From assembly GCF_000023965.1 (NCBI RefSeq), contig NC_013202.1:3060001-3092000 (forward strand): a DNA stretch of 32,000 nt. The letters are read 5' to 3'. The translations under genes and the position numbers were made by a program. The stretch is from Halomicrobium mukohataei DSM 12286. Lineage in GTDB: Archaea; Halobacteriota; Halobacteria; Halobacteriales; Haloarculaceae. The notes under the pieces are model-generated. The model worked only from the letters and a program-made list of their open reading frames with translations, made no database searches and was not told the origin of the DNA. This document shows, piece after piece, positions 8,669 to 17,495 of this stretch. How positions within the stretch are numbered: position 1 is the first letter of the stretch; the number at the start of each line of letters is the position of its first letter.

Positions 8669-10222
8669 ATGAGCGGGAGCGGGGCACCAGCCGTCGAACT
8701 CGACGCCATTACCAAACGCTTCGGGGATGTCGTCGCCAACGACGGCGTCGACCTCACGCTCGAACGCGGGACGGTCCACGCGCTCGTCGGCGAGAACGGA
8801 GCGGGCAAGACGACGCTGATGAGCGTCCTCTACGGGCTCTACGAGCCCGACGAGGGGACGATCCGCGTCGACGGACAGCCCCGGACGTTCGACTCGCCGC
8901 GGGACGCGATCGACGCCGGAGTCGGCATGATCCACCAGCACTTCCAGCTCGTGGATACGATGACCGTCCTCCAGAACGTCGTCCTGGGCCACGAGCCGAC
9001 GGACAACGGGCTCGTCGATCAGGACAGCGCCCGAGCGGCGATCGACGAGGTCTGTTCGACCTACGGCTTCGACATCGATAAGCACCTGGACACGCGAATC
9101 GAGGACCTCGGCGTCGGCGTCCAGCAACGCGTCGAGATCGTCAAGAGCCTCTACCGGGGGGCAGACACGCTGATCCTCGACGAGCCCACCGCAGTGTTGA
9201 CTCCCCAGGAGGTCGACGAGCTGTTCGACGTGATGGCAGAGCTGACCGATCGTGGCCGGTCGCTGATCTTCATCACCCACAAGCTCGACGAGGCGATGGC
9301 CGTCGCCGACGATATCACCGTCCTCCGGGACGGCGAGTCGGTCGGGACTGTCGACGGAGCCTCGACGAGCGAGCAGGAACTCGCGCGCATGATGGTCGGC
9401 CGGGACGTGCTCTTCGAGGGCCAGGAACGCACGACCGAGCCCGGTTCGGTCACCCTCGACGTAGCGGATCTGCGCGTCCAAGACGACCGCGGGCTCGAAC
9501 AGGTCAGCGGGATCGACCTCTCGGTGCGGTCCGGCGAGGTGCTGGGGATCGCGGGGGTCGACGGCAACGGCCAGGCCGAACTCGTCGAGGCGATCACCGG
9601 GCTGCGGTCGGTCGAGTCCGGGGCAGTCACCTTCGAAGGGCGAGACATCACCGAGACGAGCCGGCGCGACCGCATCGAGTCGGGCATCGCCTACATCCCG
9701 GAAGACCGCCAGACCGAGGGGCTCGTCCAGGAGTACGACCTCGTCCGGAACGCCCTGCTCGGGAACCAGACCATCGAGCCGTTCGTCGAGAACGGCTTCG
9801 TCGACTGGGATCTCGTCCGCGAACACGCGGCCGAGATCGTCGCCGAGTACGACGTGCAACCGCCCCACGTCGAGGCCGACGCCGGCTCGCTCTCGGGAGG
9901 CAACCAGCAGAAGTTCGTCGTCGGACGCGAACTCAGACACGACCCGGACCTGGTGGTCGCCTCACATCCGACTCGGGGGGTCGACATCGGTTCGATCGAG
10001 TTCATTCACGGTCGACTCCACGAGATGCGCGACGAGGGGATGGCGATTCTGCTGGTCTCCTCGAAGCTCGACGAGGTCCAGAAGCTCTCGGATCGCCTCG
10101 CGGTGATCCACGAGGGCGAGTTCGTCGACGTGGTCGATCCGGACGCCGTAACCGAGGGGGAACTCGGCCTGCTGATGGCCGGGCGAGAGCGGGCGGCCGC
10201 CGACGGAGGTGTCGAGCGGTGA
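8669..10222 (+). CDS. ABC transporter ATP-binding protein with two nucleotide-binding domains
   Basis: Walker A GENGAGKTT, signature LSGGNQQK, Walker B ILDEPT. The 517 aa size with a duplicated ATPase is typical of sugar/nucleoside-type importers. Confidence 0.9.
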   Translation: MSGSGAPAVELDAITKRFGDVVANDGVDLTLERGTVHALVGENGAGKTTLMSVLYGLYEPDEGTIRVDGQPRTFDSPRDAIDAGVGMIHQHFQLVDTMTVLQNVVLGHEPTDNGLVDQDSARAAIDEVCSTYGFDIDKHLDTRIEDLGVGVQQRVEIVKSLYRGADTLILDEPTAVLTPQEVDELFDVMAELTDRGRSLIFITHKLDEAMAVADDITVLRDGESVGTVDGASTSEQELARMMVGRDVLFEGQERTTEPGSVTLDVADLRVQDDRGLEQVSGIDLSVRSGEVLGIAGVDGNGQAELVEAITGLRSVESGAVTFEGRDITETSRRDRIESGIAYIPEDRQTEGLVQEYDLVRNALLGNQTIEPFVENGFVDWDLVREHAAEIVAEYDVQPPHVEADAGSLSGGNQQKFVVGRELRHDPDLVVASHPTRGVDIGSIEFIHGRLHEMRDEGMAILLVSSKLDEVQKLSDRLAVIHEGEFVDVVDPDAVTEGELGLLMAGRERAAADGGVER

Positions 10223-11349
10223 GCACGGCCAGCGACCGGGCGCGTGCCGTTCTCGATCGAGCGGCCGATCGGATGCTGCGAGCCAGCGTCCTCGAACGGT
10301 TCGCGCTGGCGGTCGTCTCGACGCTGCTGGCGTTGCTGATCGGCTCGGTGATCGTCTGGGCGACCGGCTACGACGCCGTGGAGTTCGTCACGTCGCTGCT
10401 GTACGGCGCGGTCGGGAACCTCTCGAACGTCGCGTTCACGCTGCGTCAGTCGACGATGCTGATCCTGACCGGCGTCGCCGTCGCCGTCGCCTTCCGGGCC
10501 GGCGTGTTCAACATCGGCGTTCAGGGACAGTTCGTCGTCGGCGGGTTCGCGACCGCGCTGACGATCCTCTTTCTCGCGCCGCTGTTGCCCGGCGGCCCCG
10601 TCGGGGGCGTCGTGTTGATGGTCCTCGGGACGATCGCGGCGATCGTCGCGGGCGGTGCTTACGGGGCGCTTCCGGGCCTGATGAAGGCCTACGCCGACGC
10701 CAACGAAGTGATCACCACGATCATGCTGAACTTCATCGCGTCGGGCGTCGTCTACTTCCTCATCGACGCGTACCTCCGACCGTCGGGGACCTCCGCACCG
10801 AACACGGAGTCGTTCCCCGACTACGTCGACCTGCCCGGTTTCGCGTTCGGGAGCGGCTCGTTCTCGGTGATCGGGCTGGGGGTCGCGCTGGCGACGGCGT
10901 TCGGGGTCTACGTGGTCATGGCCCGCACGAGCTTCGGCTACGACCTCGTGACCAGCGGCTACCAGGAGTCCGCGGCAGCCTACTCCGGGGTCGACCCGAA
11001 GCGGACGGTCGTGACGACGATGGCCTTCTCGGGAATGGTCGCTGGCGTCGCCGGAGCGATGTTCGCGATCATGGTCCTGGGGTACTACAGCGATCCGAGT
11101 ACGTTCCCGACCTTCGGGTTCGACGCCATCGCCGTGAGCCTGCTGGCGGCGAACAACCCGCTTGGCGTGATCCCGGCGGGCCTGCTCTTTGGCGGTCTCG
11201 ACGCGGGCGGCCAGTACATCGGGTTCACGCTCGACGTGCCCTCGGAGCTCGTCGACGGCGTCATCGGTCTCATCGTGCTGTTCGTCGCCGCCCCGGAGCT
11301 GTTCCGAATGAGTGCCCGCCGCTTCGGACTCGGGGGTGACGATCGATGA
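10219..11349 (+). CDS. ABC transporter permease
   Basis: Multi-TM hydrophobic protein. Its GTG start overlaps the upstream stop (GTGA) and its own stop overlaps the next start. Confidence 0.85.
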   Translation: MSTASDRARAVLDRAADRMLRASVLERFALAVVSTLLALLIGSVIVWATGYDAVEFVTSLLYGAVGNLSNVAFTLRQSTMLILTGVAVAVAFRAGVFNIGVQGQFVVGGFATALTILFLAPLLPGGPVGGVVLMVLGTIAAIVAGGAYGALPGLMKAYADANEVITTIMLNFIASGVVYFLIDAYLRPSGTSAPNTESFPDYVDLPGFAFGSGSFSVIGLGVALATAFGVYVVMARTSFGYDLVTSGYQESAAAYSGVDPKRTVVTTMAFSGMVAGVAGAMFAIMVLGYYSDPSTFPTFGFDAIAVSLLAANNPLGVIPAGLLFGGLDAGGQYIGFTLDVPSELVDGVIGLIVLFVAAPELFRMSARRFGLGGDDR

Positions 11350-12401
11350 GCGTCGCCGACTACGCGGCCGAGCATCGCCTCGCCGTCGGCGGCGGGCTCG
11401 CCGCGCTCGCTGCCGTGGCAGCGATCACGCTGCTGGATCTGCCCGGCGCGGACCTGCTGACCGTCGGTGCCGCGGAGCGATCACTGCAGGCCGCGATGCC
11501 GATCGCGCTGGCCGCGATCGGCGGCCTGTACGCCGAGAAGAGCGGCGTGTTCAACATCGGTCTGGAGGGGTTCATGATCTTCGGGGCCCTGACCGCGGCC
11601 GCCGCGGCGTGGCTCATCTCCGGTGAGGGAGCGATCACGCAGGGCGACCTCTGGCTCGCGATCCTCGTCGCAGTGGCCTTCTGCGCGCTGTTGACGGTTG
11701 CCTTTGCCGTCCTGACGATCCGGTACAAGGCCGACCAGATCGTCGCCGGACTGGCGGTGTGGTTCATCGGCCTGGGCTTTGGGCCCTTCGGGGCGACGGT
11801 CGTGTGGGGCGGGGTCTCCAGCCCGACACTGCCGAACGTGAACAACGTCGTCGTTCCCGGGCTCGCCGAGCTACCGGTGCTCGGACGGCTGCTGTTCGAT
11901 ACGTCGCCGCTCGTCCTGTTGACGCTCGTCCTGACGGTCCTCGCGTGGGTCGTCCTCTACCGGACCCGCTACGGCTACTGGATCCAGGCGGCCGGCGAGA
12001 ACCCCGAGGCGCTGGACACTGCAGGCGTCGACGTGAACCGCGTTCGCTACGCGACCGTCATCTTCTCGGGAGCGATGGCGGGCCTGGCCGGTGCGACGCT
12101 GTCGATCGGCATCGGGAGCGGCTTCACCGGCACCGGCGTCACGATGGTCGACGGACGCGGCTGGATCGCCATCGTCGCCTACCTCTTTGGCAACTACAAC
12201 CCGATCGGGGCCTTCCTCGCGTCGCTGCTCTTTGGCGCGATGGACATGCTCCAGATCCAGCTCCAGACGGTCGGGATCTCGCTACCGGGCTCGATCACCG
12301 GACTGTTCCCCTACGTCGCCGTGCTCGTCGTGCTCACGCTGGTGGGCTACACGCGCGTGCCCGCCGCGGTCGGCGAGGCCTACGAGACGGAATCGGAGTA
12401 G
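11346..12401 (+). CDS. ABC transporter permease (second subunit)
   Basis: Multi-TM protein. The FNIGLEG motif parallels FNIGVQG in the preceding permease. ATGA overlap with the upstream gene. Confidence 0.85.
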   Translation: MSVADYAAEHRLAVGGGLAALAAVAAITLLDLPGADLLTVGAAERSLQAAMPIALAAIGGLYAEKSGVFNIGLEGFMIFGALTAAAAAWLISGEGAITQGDLWLAILVAVAFCALLTVAFAVLTIRYKADQIVAGLAVWFIGLGFGPFGATVVWGGVSSPTLPNVNNVVVPGLAELPVLGRLLFDTSPLVLLTLVLTVLAWVVLYRTRYGYWIQAAGENPEALDTAGVDVNRVRYATVIFSGAMAGLAGATLSIGIGSGFTGTGVTMVDGRGWIAIVAYLFGNYNPIGAFLASLLFGAMDMLQIQLQTVGISLPGSITGLFPYVAVLVVLTLVGYTRVPAAVGEAYETESE

Positions 12402-12461
12402 GACCAGTCCGGCCACCGCGAAGCCCCAAGAGCTATTCCCGGCGCTTCCCCACACAAAGAC

Positions 12462-12959
12462 ATGGTCGTCTCACATCCGGGACAGCGTGTCGGCGTTCTC
12501 GCCGACGCCCAGAACCTCTATCACACCGCCCGGAGTCTTCATACGCGAAACATCGACTACGAAGCACTGCTCGACGAGGCCGTCAATGACCGGGCGCTCA
12601 CCCGCGCCATCGCATACGTCATCCGAGCGAACTCGCCCGACGAAGAGAGCTTCTTCGAGGCGCTCGAAGACATCGGCTTCGAGACCCGCATCAAGGATAT
12701 CAAGACCTTCGGCGACGGCTCGAAGAAGGCCGACTGGGACGTGGGAATGAGCCTCGACGCCGTCTCGCTGGCCCCCCACGTCGACACGGTCGTGCTCATC
12801 ACCGGCGACGGCGACTTCGCCCGTCTCTGTCGATATCTCCGCCACGAGGGCGTCAAAGTCGAGACGATGGGCTTCGAGGAGTCGACGGCGGAGGAACTCG
12901 TCGAGGCCGCAGACCACTTCCGAAACCTTAGCGACGACGCCGAGCAGTATCTGTTGTAG
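12462..12959 (+). CDS. NYN (LabA-like) domain protein
   Basis: VGVLADAQNLYH at the N-terminus and LITGDGDF are the conserved acidic motifs of the NYN/LabA PIN-like fold. Confidence 0.7.
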   Translation: MVVSHPGQRVGVLADAQNLYHTARSLHTRNIDYEALLDEAVNDRALTRAIAYVIRANSPDEESFFEALEDIGFETRIKDIKTFGDGSKKADWDVGMSLDAVSLAPHVDTVVLITGDGDFARLCRYLRHEGVKVETMGFEESTAEELVEAADHFRNLSDDAEQYLL

Positions 12960-13226
12960 AAGCCTGATAGACCCGAGAGGGAGGAATTCGATAGCCCCAA
13001 CGGTAACGTTCACGCCCGCGATCTCGAGTATCTCTGTTTCCCAAGAACCAGTTATCGAGACTAGGGCTCATTCCATGTCAAAACACACTTCGATACACAG
13101 TCATAAAATATGATTAATACGATATCGTCGATACAGGAGACGGCGACTTTGGTCAAATGAACAATAGGGTGGAACCGATGAATATGATTGACCTTTCGGT
13201 GCGAGCAAATCGACAATACGCTCGGG

Positions 13227-13670
13227 TTAAGTCGTTTGTGGTTCACCACGACGGAATGGAGGGAGACGGCCAACAAAGCCACCAACCCGTGCACCGATAA
13301 CACTGATCAGAGAAAGAACAATGAGAGAGAAAACAAACCAGAGAGCTCCGAAAGCAATAGTTAGGACTGCAGTGACAGGCGATATCGCCCATCCAGAGGC
13401 GATGAGACTGGGGACGAGTAAAAAGGAGTCCAAAGCGCTAATCACGCCGATTCGTAAGCCAGCCTGTGTCGGAGAGGGTGATCGCATTTCATTACTGTAG
13501 TACAAACCTCCGAGAAATCCAGCGAACAGCGCTGGAGCCGCGTTGTATTCATATGGCAGCGTATTCCAAGAACTAAACAGTGTGACCGGAATTGTGACGA
13601 ATCCGAGTGCTGTTGCGGCTCGTAGATCCTTGGACAACAACCAACTATAGAGAATATTTATCACTGACAT
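13227..13670 (-). CDS. integral membrane protein (about 4 TM), low-GC island 1
   Basis: 147 aa ORF with several hydrophobic segments. It uses AT-rich codons, unlike the surrounding genome, and is divergent from the secreted-protein gene at 14086. Confidence 0.5.
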   Translation of the reverse strand: MSVINILYSWLLSKDLRAATALGFVTIPVTLFSSWNTLPYEYNAAPALFAGFLGGLYYSNEMRSPSPTQAGLRIGVISALDSFLLVPSLIASGWAISPVTAVLTIAFGALWFVFSLIVLSLISVIGARVGGFVGRLPPFRRGEPQTT

Positions 13671-13823
13671 TTTATCTGGTTTGGTTGTCGATCTTCATCA
13701 TAATATACATTTCGGATCGCAATAGGACGTTTGATTATTCATCCGATTTATATTTAATATAAATAATATATTTTTATTTAATAAATTAACTACTTTCCCT
13801 ACAGTTTACAATGTTGAACAGTC

Positions 13824-13950
13824 TGCTCTGTTGAATAGCAGTGTTGGCCGGAGCGGTCGAGATCTGAGTCGGCTTCTTGACCGTTGACGCTGTTGGTCCC
13901 AAGAACTCAATCAACTCACCGTGGCTCAGGGGCCGCTATTCAACACAGCA
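13824..13950. mobile_element. 127 bp MITE-like element with 16 bp terminal inverted repeats
   Basis: Left TIR TGCTCTGTTGAATAGC (13824-13839) matches the reverse complement of GCTATTCAACACAGCA (13935-13950) at 15 of 16 positions. A perfect 8 bp direct repeat GAACAGTC flanks it at 13816-13823 and 13951-13958. The core is GC-rich and sits in AT-rich DNA. Confidence 0.6.
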
Positions 13951-14085
13951 GAACAGTCCATTACACACTGTATTTCATCACACCCTGCAGATTCAGAAGA
14001 GATTTAATAGTTGGTAAGATTATTATAAAATATAGATAATTAATCCATACCGGTATATTTATTAAGATAGCATAACAGAGATTAA

Positions 14086-14719
14086 ATGATGTCTGAAAAA
14101 CACACCTTGAATGGACAAACTAGAAGAAGGACACTCCAAATGCTTGCCGGCAGCGGAGTCGGGCTTGGATTCGCTAGTAATGCAGCAGCGCAAGGGAGAA
14201 AGAGGGATGGTAAAATAGAAGAGGATGACTTGACACGCGCTGAAGGTACCTCTGGCTTTGTGACGAGTAATGAACAGACACCCGATTGGTTCACTATTAA
14301 AGACAATGGCGAATGGAATATTCAAGATCCAGAAGCCGTCCAAAACGGAGAATTTACCACTCAGGGCCATAAAAGTTGCTTAAATGACACTCTTGAATTA
14401 GGGTTTGAAAGGAAGATTAAAGGTGTTGAGTTCAAATTCCTCATCCACCACTCAGACATGTAAGTGGGGTCTCGACATCTCAGCCGTAGGCCAAAGTTAC
14501 GACTCTAGAGTTGTTGACAACTGTGACGTTGAAGTCGCTCTTGATTTCAACGCCGGAGTTGCAACTCTTGAGGGTACAGTAAGTGGACATTCGAATGGTA
14601 ATGATGTTATTGCACTGGTCGACTGGTGGGAAATTGACCTTACGGCTACGTGGTACGATCCGGACAAAGGTTGGGAATCAAAGACGGTGATGGCCTCAAT
14701 TGAAAACCCACTTACGTAA
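14086..14719 (+). pseudogene. Tat-signal secreted protein, apparently split by a frameshift
   Basis: ORF 14086-14463 starts with a twin-arginine signal (GQTRRRTLQMLAGSGVGLGFASNAAAQG). ORF 14405-14719 overlaps it by 59 nt in the next frame and has no signal or promoter of its own. Both use AT-rich codons. Confidence 0.5.
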
Positions 14720-14964
14720 GACTGTATGAAATATGGGCTCCATTGGAGTCCTTTTCGTAATCATTCAAAACGTCTTTGACTACCGAAAACAGTCGGTCTC
14801 GTCGTAAATATCATAACAAGTCTCGTGGGATTGTTATACATAAACTAATATTCCAATGGTATTTCGAAATATTGTGGCTTAAATAAGTCGGGGGACTCGA
14901 TCCCTTTGATTAATTACGACAATCGCTATCGGATCTCGAACCGAATGATTGACCAGAACCAATC

Positions 14965-15147
14965 TCAGACCGGGCGCTTGTCTTCCGAGGTGCCGACGAA
15001 CAGCGCACCGGCGGCCATTCCGAGCGCGGCGATCGAGGCCGCCCACAGCGGGAAACCGCTGCCTAACTGACCGGTGCCCAGAATGATCGCGCTGCTCGCG
15101 ACGAGCAAGACCGTGCCCAGTACGACTTTTCGCGTATCCGTTGCCAT
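14965..15147 (-). CDS. small two-TM membrane protein (60 aa)
   Basis: Uses the internal ATG at 15145-15147 (MATDTRKVVLGTVLLVASSAIILG...). Two hydrophobic helices and GC-rich codons. A TATA-like box lies about 25-30 nt upstream. Confidence 0.45.
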   Translation of the reverse strand: MATDTRKVVLGTVLLVASSAIILGTGQLGSGFPLWAASIAALGMAAGALFVGTSEDKRPV

Positions 15148-15171
15148 ACCCGGTACTAGCGGGTCATCCGG

Positions 15172-15177
15172 TATAAG
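15172..15177 (-). promoter_or_regulatory. putative TATA box for the 14965-15147 gene
   Basis: The minus strand reads CTTATA, 24 nt upstream of the ATG. This spacing is expected for a leaderless haloarchaeal transcript. Confidence 0.3.
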
Positions 15178-15343
15178 TTTCTCCAAAACCGCCCGACACG
15201 GCCGTGATAACTGGGACCAAACCACACAGTATCGGGGCGTTACGCGCTATAGTAACAATTGAAACGATTTACACACCGATCGCACTGCTGTCGTGCGATC
15301 GGGTGAACATTGAATTTCAATGGCTACTATAGTTTGCCGGATC

Positions 15344-15705
15344 GTGTTCAGATAAGCCACTGCATCTTCTGAGTTGTAGACACCGAAAGCCCTCGTCGCG
15401 CTCCGGCATTCTGTGACGGATATCTTCACTTCGTTCAGATAGTGCCGCCACAGAATGCCGGACCACGACTCGCCCTTTCATCCGCCAGGAGAGCACGCTC
15501 TCCTGAGCCTGTGCTCACCCTGTTCGCACAGACGCCAGGATTCGGCCGTTGAACCGTCTAGACCCTGGTGGATGAAAGGGCGAGCGCAGTTGCGGGAACC
15601 CCGACGATGCAAGCACCGACTGGAGCGCAGCGAGTCGCGGGACCGCAACTGCGCGAGGGCTTTCGGTGTCTGCACCACTACGCTGACAGTCGCTTATCTG
15701 AACAC
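15344..15705. repeat. nested-palindrome structured element, copy 1 (362 bp)
   Basis: GTGTTCAGATAAG 15344-15356 pairs with CTTATCTGAACAC 15693-15705. AGACACCGAAAGCCCTCG 15378-15395 pairs with 15654-15671 (18 bp, perfect). Three internal hairpins have stems at 15403-15419/15445-15461, 15469-15489/15564-15584 and 15585-15595/15643-15653. Confidence 0.8.
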
Positions 15706-15776
15706 TACCGTTTGCCGGTCGGTACTGCGACAGAGAGAACAGTCGACTTTTGGTCGGCGACGACCTTCGCCGGACA

Positions 15777-16262
15777 ATGAGCGAGCGAGCCACCGATCTC
15801 CTGACGCGTGTCGCGACCTACCAGTTCGGCCCCGGAGCCGACGAGGCGCTGTTCCCCGACGTCGACGGGCTGGACGTGACGACGACGCGTTCCGGGCGAC
15901 CGCGACAGGTGCGCGATGGCGACGACCGACTGCTGGAGTACGGCAGTGACGGGCGATTCACGCTCGGCGTCGCCGGTGGGCGACGCCTCCTCGACGGCCT
16001 CGACGACGCGCGCCATCAGGTCGTCGTCGGCGACGACAGCGAGCCGTTCGTCCGGGAGGGACGCAACGCCTTCGCGAAGTTCGTCCGGTCGGCAGACGAG
16101 GGCATCCGGCCGGGCGACGAGGTGCTGGTGGTCCACTACGATGGCGACCTCCTGGGCGTCGGTCGGGCCGAGTTACCCGGCGAAGCCATGCTCGACTTCG
16201 AGACGGGGATGGCGGTCAAAGTCCGTCACGGTGCCGGCACTGCGGACGCGTCCGAATCGTAG
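15777..16262 (+). CDS. PUA domain-containing protein
   Basis: The C-terminal [43 protein letters not shown] is a typical PUA fold sequence. I chose the ATG at 15777 (MSERATDLL) over the TTG at 15750. Confidence 0.7.
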   Translation: MSERATDLLTRVATYQFGPGADEALFPDVDGLDVTTTRSGRPRQVRDGDDRLLEYGSDGRFTLGVAGGRRLLDGLDDARHQVVVGDDSEPFVREGRNAFAKFVRSADEGIRPGDEVLVVHYDGDLLGVGRAELPGEAMLDFETGMAVKVRHGAGTADASES

Positions 16263-16317
16263 CGAGCGTCGACGGCAGGTCGGTGTCCTTTTGACGGCGG
16301 CCCACGCACGGACGGGT

Positions 16318-16716
16318 ATGTTCGGAGGAGGCGGCGGCGGACTCAATCCGCGCAAGATGAAGCAGATGATGGAACAGATGGGCATCGACATGGAGGACAT
16401 CGATGCCGAAGAAGTGATCATTCGGACCCCCGACAAGGAGCTGTACTTCACCGACGCCGAGGTCCAGCTCATGGAGGCCCAGGGCCAGTCGACCTATCAG
16501 GTCGTCGGCGAGCCCGAGGAGCGAGCCCTCGAAGCCGGCGACGACGGTGAGAGCGAGGCCGACGCGTCGGCCGGCGACGCCGCCGGTGACAGCGGGATTC
16601 CCGACGACGACGTGGAGCTGGTGGCGATGCGTGCCGGCGTCGACGAGGAGACCGCCCGCGAGGCGCTCGAAGCGGAGGACGGCGACCTCGCTGGCGCAGT
16701 CGAGCGCCTGGAGTGA
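16318..16716 (+). CDS. nac: nascent polypeptide-associated complex protein (archaeal NAC)
   Basis: [37 protein letters not shown] forms the NAC domain. A C-terminal UBA-like segment is present ([34 protein letters not shown]). The ATG is internal to a longer track ORF. Confidence 0.9.
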   Translation: MFGGGGGGLNPRKMKQMMEQMGIDMEDIDAEEVIIRTPDKELYFTDAEVQLMEAQGQSTYQVVGEPEERALEAGDDGESEADASAGDAAGDSGIPDDDVELVAMRAGVDEETAREALEAEDGDLAGAVERLE

Positions 16717-17447
16717 CGTACCTCCTCATCCACGAGGGCGAAGACCGCGAGTACCTCCTCGCGGCCGGCGAGACCCTGGAGACCGATCTGGGCGTGCTGG
16801 AAGTCCCCGACGATCCCGAGCCGGGCCAGATCGTCGAGACGCATCTCGACGAGCCGTTCACCGTGCGCGAACTGCGCGGCCCGGACCTGTTCAACCACCT
16901 CGAACGCACCGGCGCGCCGATGATGCCACGGGACATCGGGATCGTCGTCGGCAAGACCGGCCTCCAGTCGGGCGACCGCGTGCTCGATGCCGGCACCGGA
17001 ACGGGCGTCCTCGCGGCCTACCTCGCGCGGATGGGCGTGACAGTGACGACCTACGAACGAGATCCGGAGTTCGCCGACGTGGCCCGCGAGAACATGGCGA
17101 TGGCCGGCGTCGAAGACCGAGTTGACGTGCGCAGCGGCGACGTGACCGAAGCCGTCGACGCCCTCGCCGAGACCGACTTCGACGTGGTCACACTCGACAC
17201 CGGGGACGCCGCGGCGGTCGTCGAGCGAGCGCCGGAGTTGCTCGTCCCCGGCGGCTTTCTGGCCGTCTACTCGCCGTTCGTCGAGCAGGCCCGCGAAGCG
17301 ATCCAGACCGCGCGGGACGCCGGACTACGGGACGCCGAAACGCTGGAGACGATTCAGCGCGCGCTCGACGTGAGCGACCGCGGCACCCGGCCGTCGACGC
17401 GGGGCGTCGGGCACACCGGCTACCTGACGTTCGCACGCAACCCCTGA
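16713..17447 (+). CDS. trmI: tRNA (adenine-N1)-methyltransferase, TrmI/Gcd14 family
   Basis: SAM-binding motif [16 protein letters not shown] and a C-terminal HTGYLTFAR typical of TrmI. The GTG start overlaps the nac stop. Confidence 0.8.
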   Translation: MTYLLIHEGEDREYLLAAGETLETDLGVLEVPDDPEPGQIVETHLDEPFTVRELRGPDLFNHLERTGAPMMPRDIGIVVGKTGLQSGDRVLDAGTGTGVLAAYLARMGVTVTTYERDPEFADVARENMAMAGVEDRVDVRSGDVTEAVDALAETDFDVVTLDTGDAAAVVERAPELLVPGGFLAVYSPFVEQAREAIQTARDAGLRDAETLETIQRALDVSDRGTRPSTRGVGHTGYLTFARNP

Positions 17448-17495
17448 CACCGCCGGCTGTCGGTCCGTGCGGACGCGACTACGCGTCGTCGAGGG

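Noticed and set aside
8447-9940. 497 aa ORF antisense to the ABC ATPase. Similar long antisense or alternate-frame ORFs occur at 388-1641, 4247-5608, 5381-6376, 6270-7139, 7423-8634, 27178-28719, 29579-30796, 30856-31734 and 30878-31669.
   Set aside because: Each lies opposite to or out of frame with a gene that has clear family motifs. Their compositions are Arg/Gly/Pro/Val-biased and not acidic. These are GC-driven open frames, not genes.
13061-13303. 80 aa minus-strand ORF at the left edge of island 1
   Set aside because: It overlaps the 3' end of the better-supported membrane-protein gene 13227-13670 and has odd His/Cys/Val-rich composition. No start context supports it.
12960-14964. Direct repeats or att sites flanking island 1
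   Set aside because: I found only short chance-level matches, for example GATCTCGA near both edges. Nothing is comparable to the ~250 bp duplication flanking island 2, so I make no boundary-repeat claim for island 1.
15344-15705. Interpretation of the structured element as RNase P RNA or SRP (7S) RNA
   Set aside because: The size is roughly compatible, but I could not find the conserved RNase P (GGAAAGUCC-type) or SRP motifs that I remember. Two diverged copies in opposite orientations within 4 kb, each with flanking direct repeats, do not fit a single-copy housekeeping RNA.
15455-15949. ORFs inside the structured elements (15455-15949, 15478-15678, 15515-15793, 15568-15780, 19344-19613, 19465-19950, 19542-19877) that share peptides such as FHPPG and WWMKGR
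   Set aside because: The shared peptides come from translating the conserved palindromic stems in both orientations. The frames are not conserved between the two copies, which differ by a ~50 nt indel, and the products are basic. I treat them as non-coding repeats.
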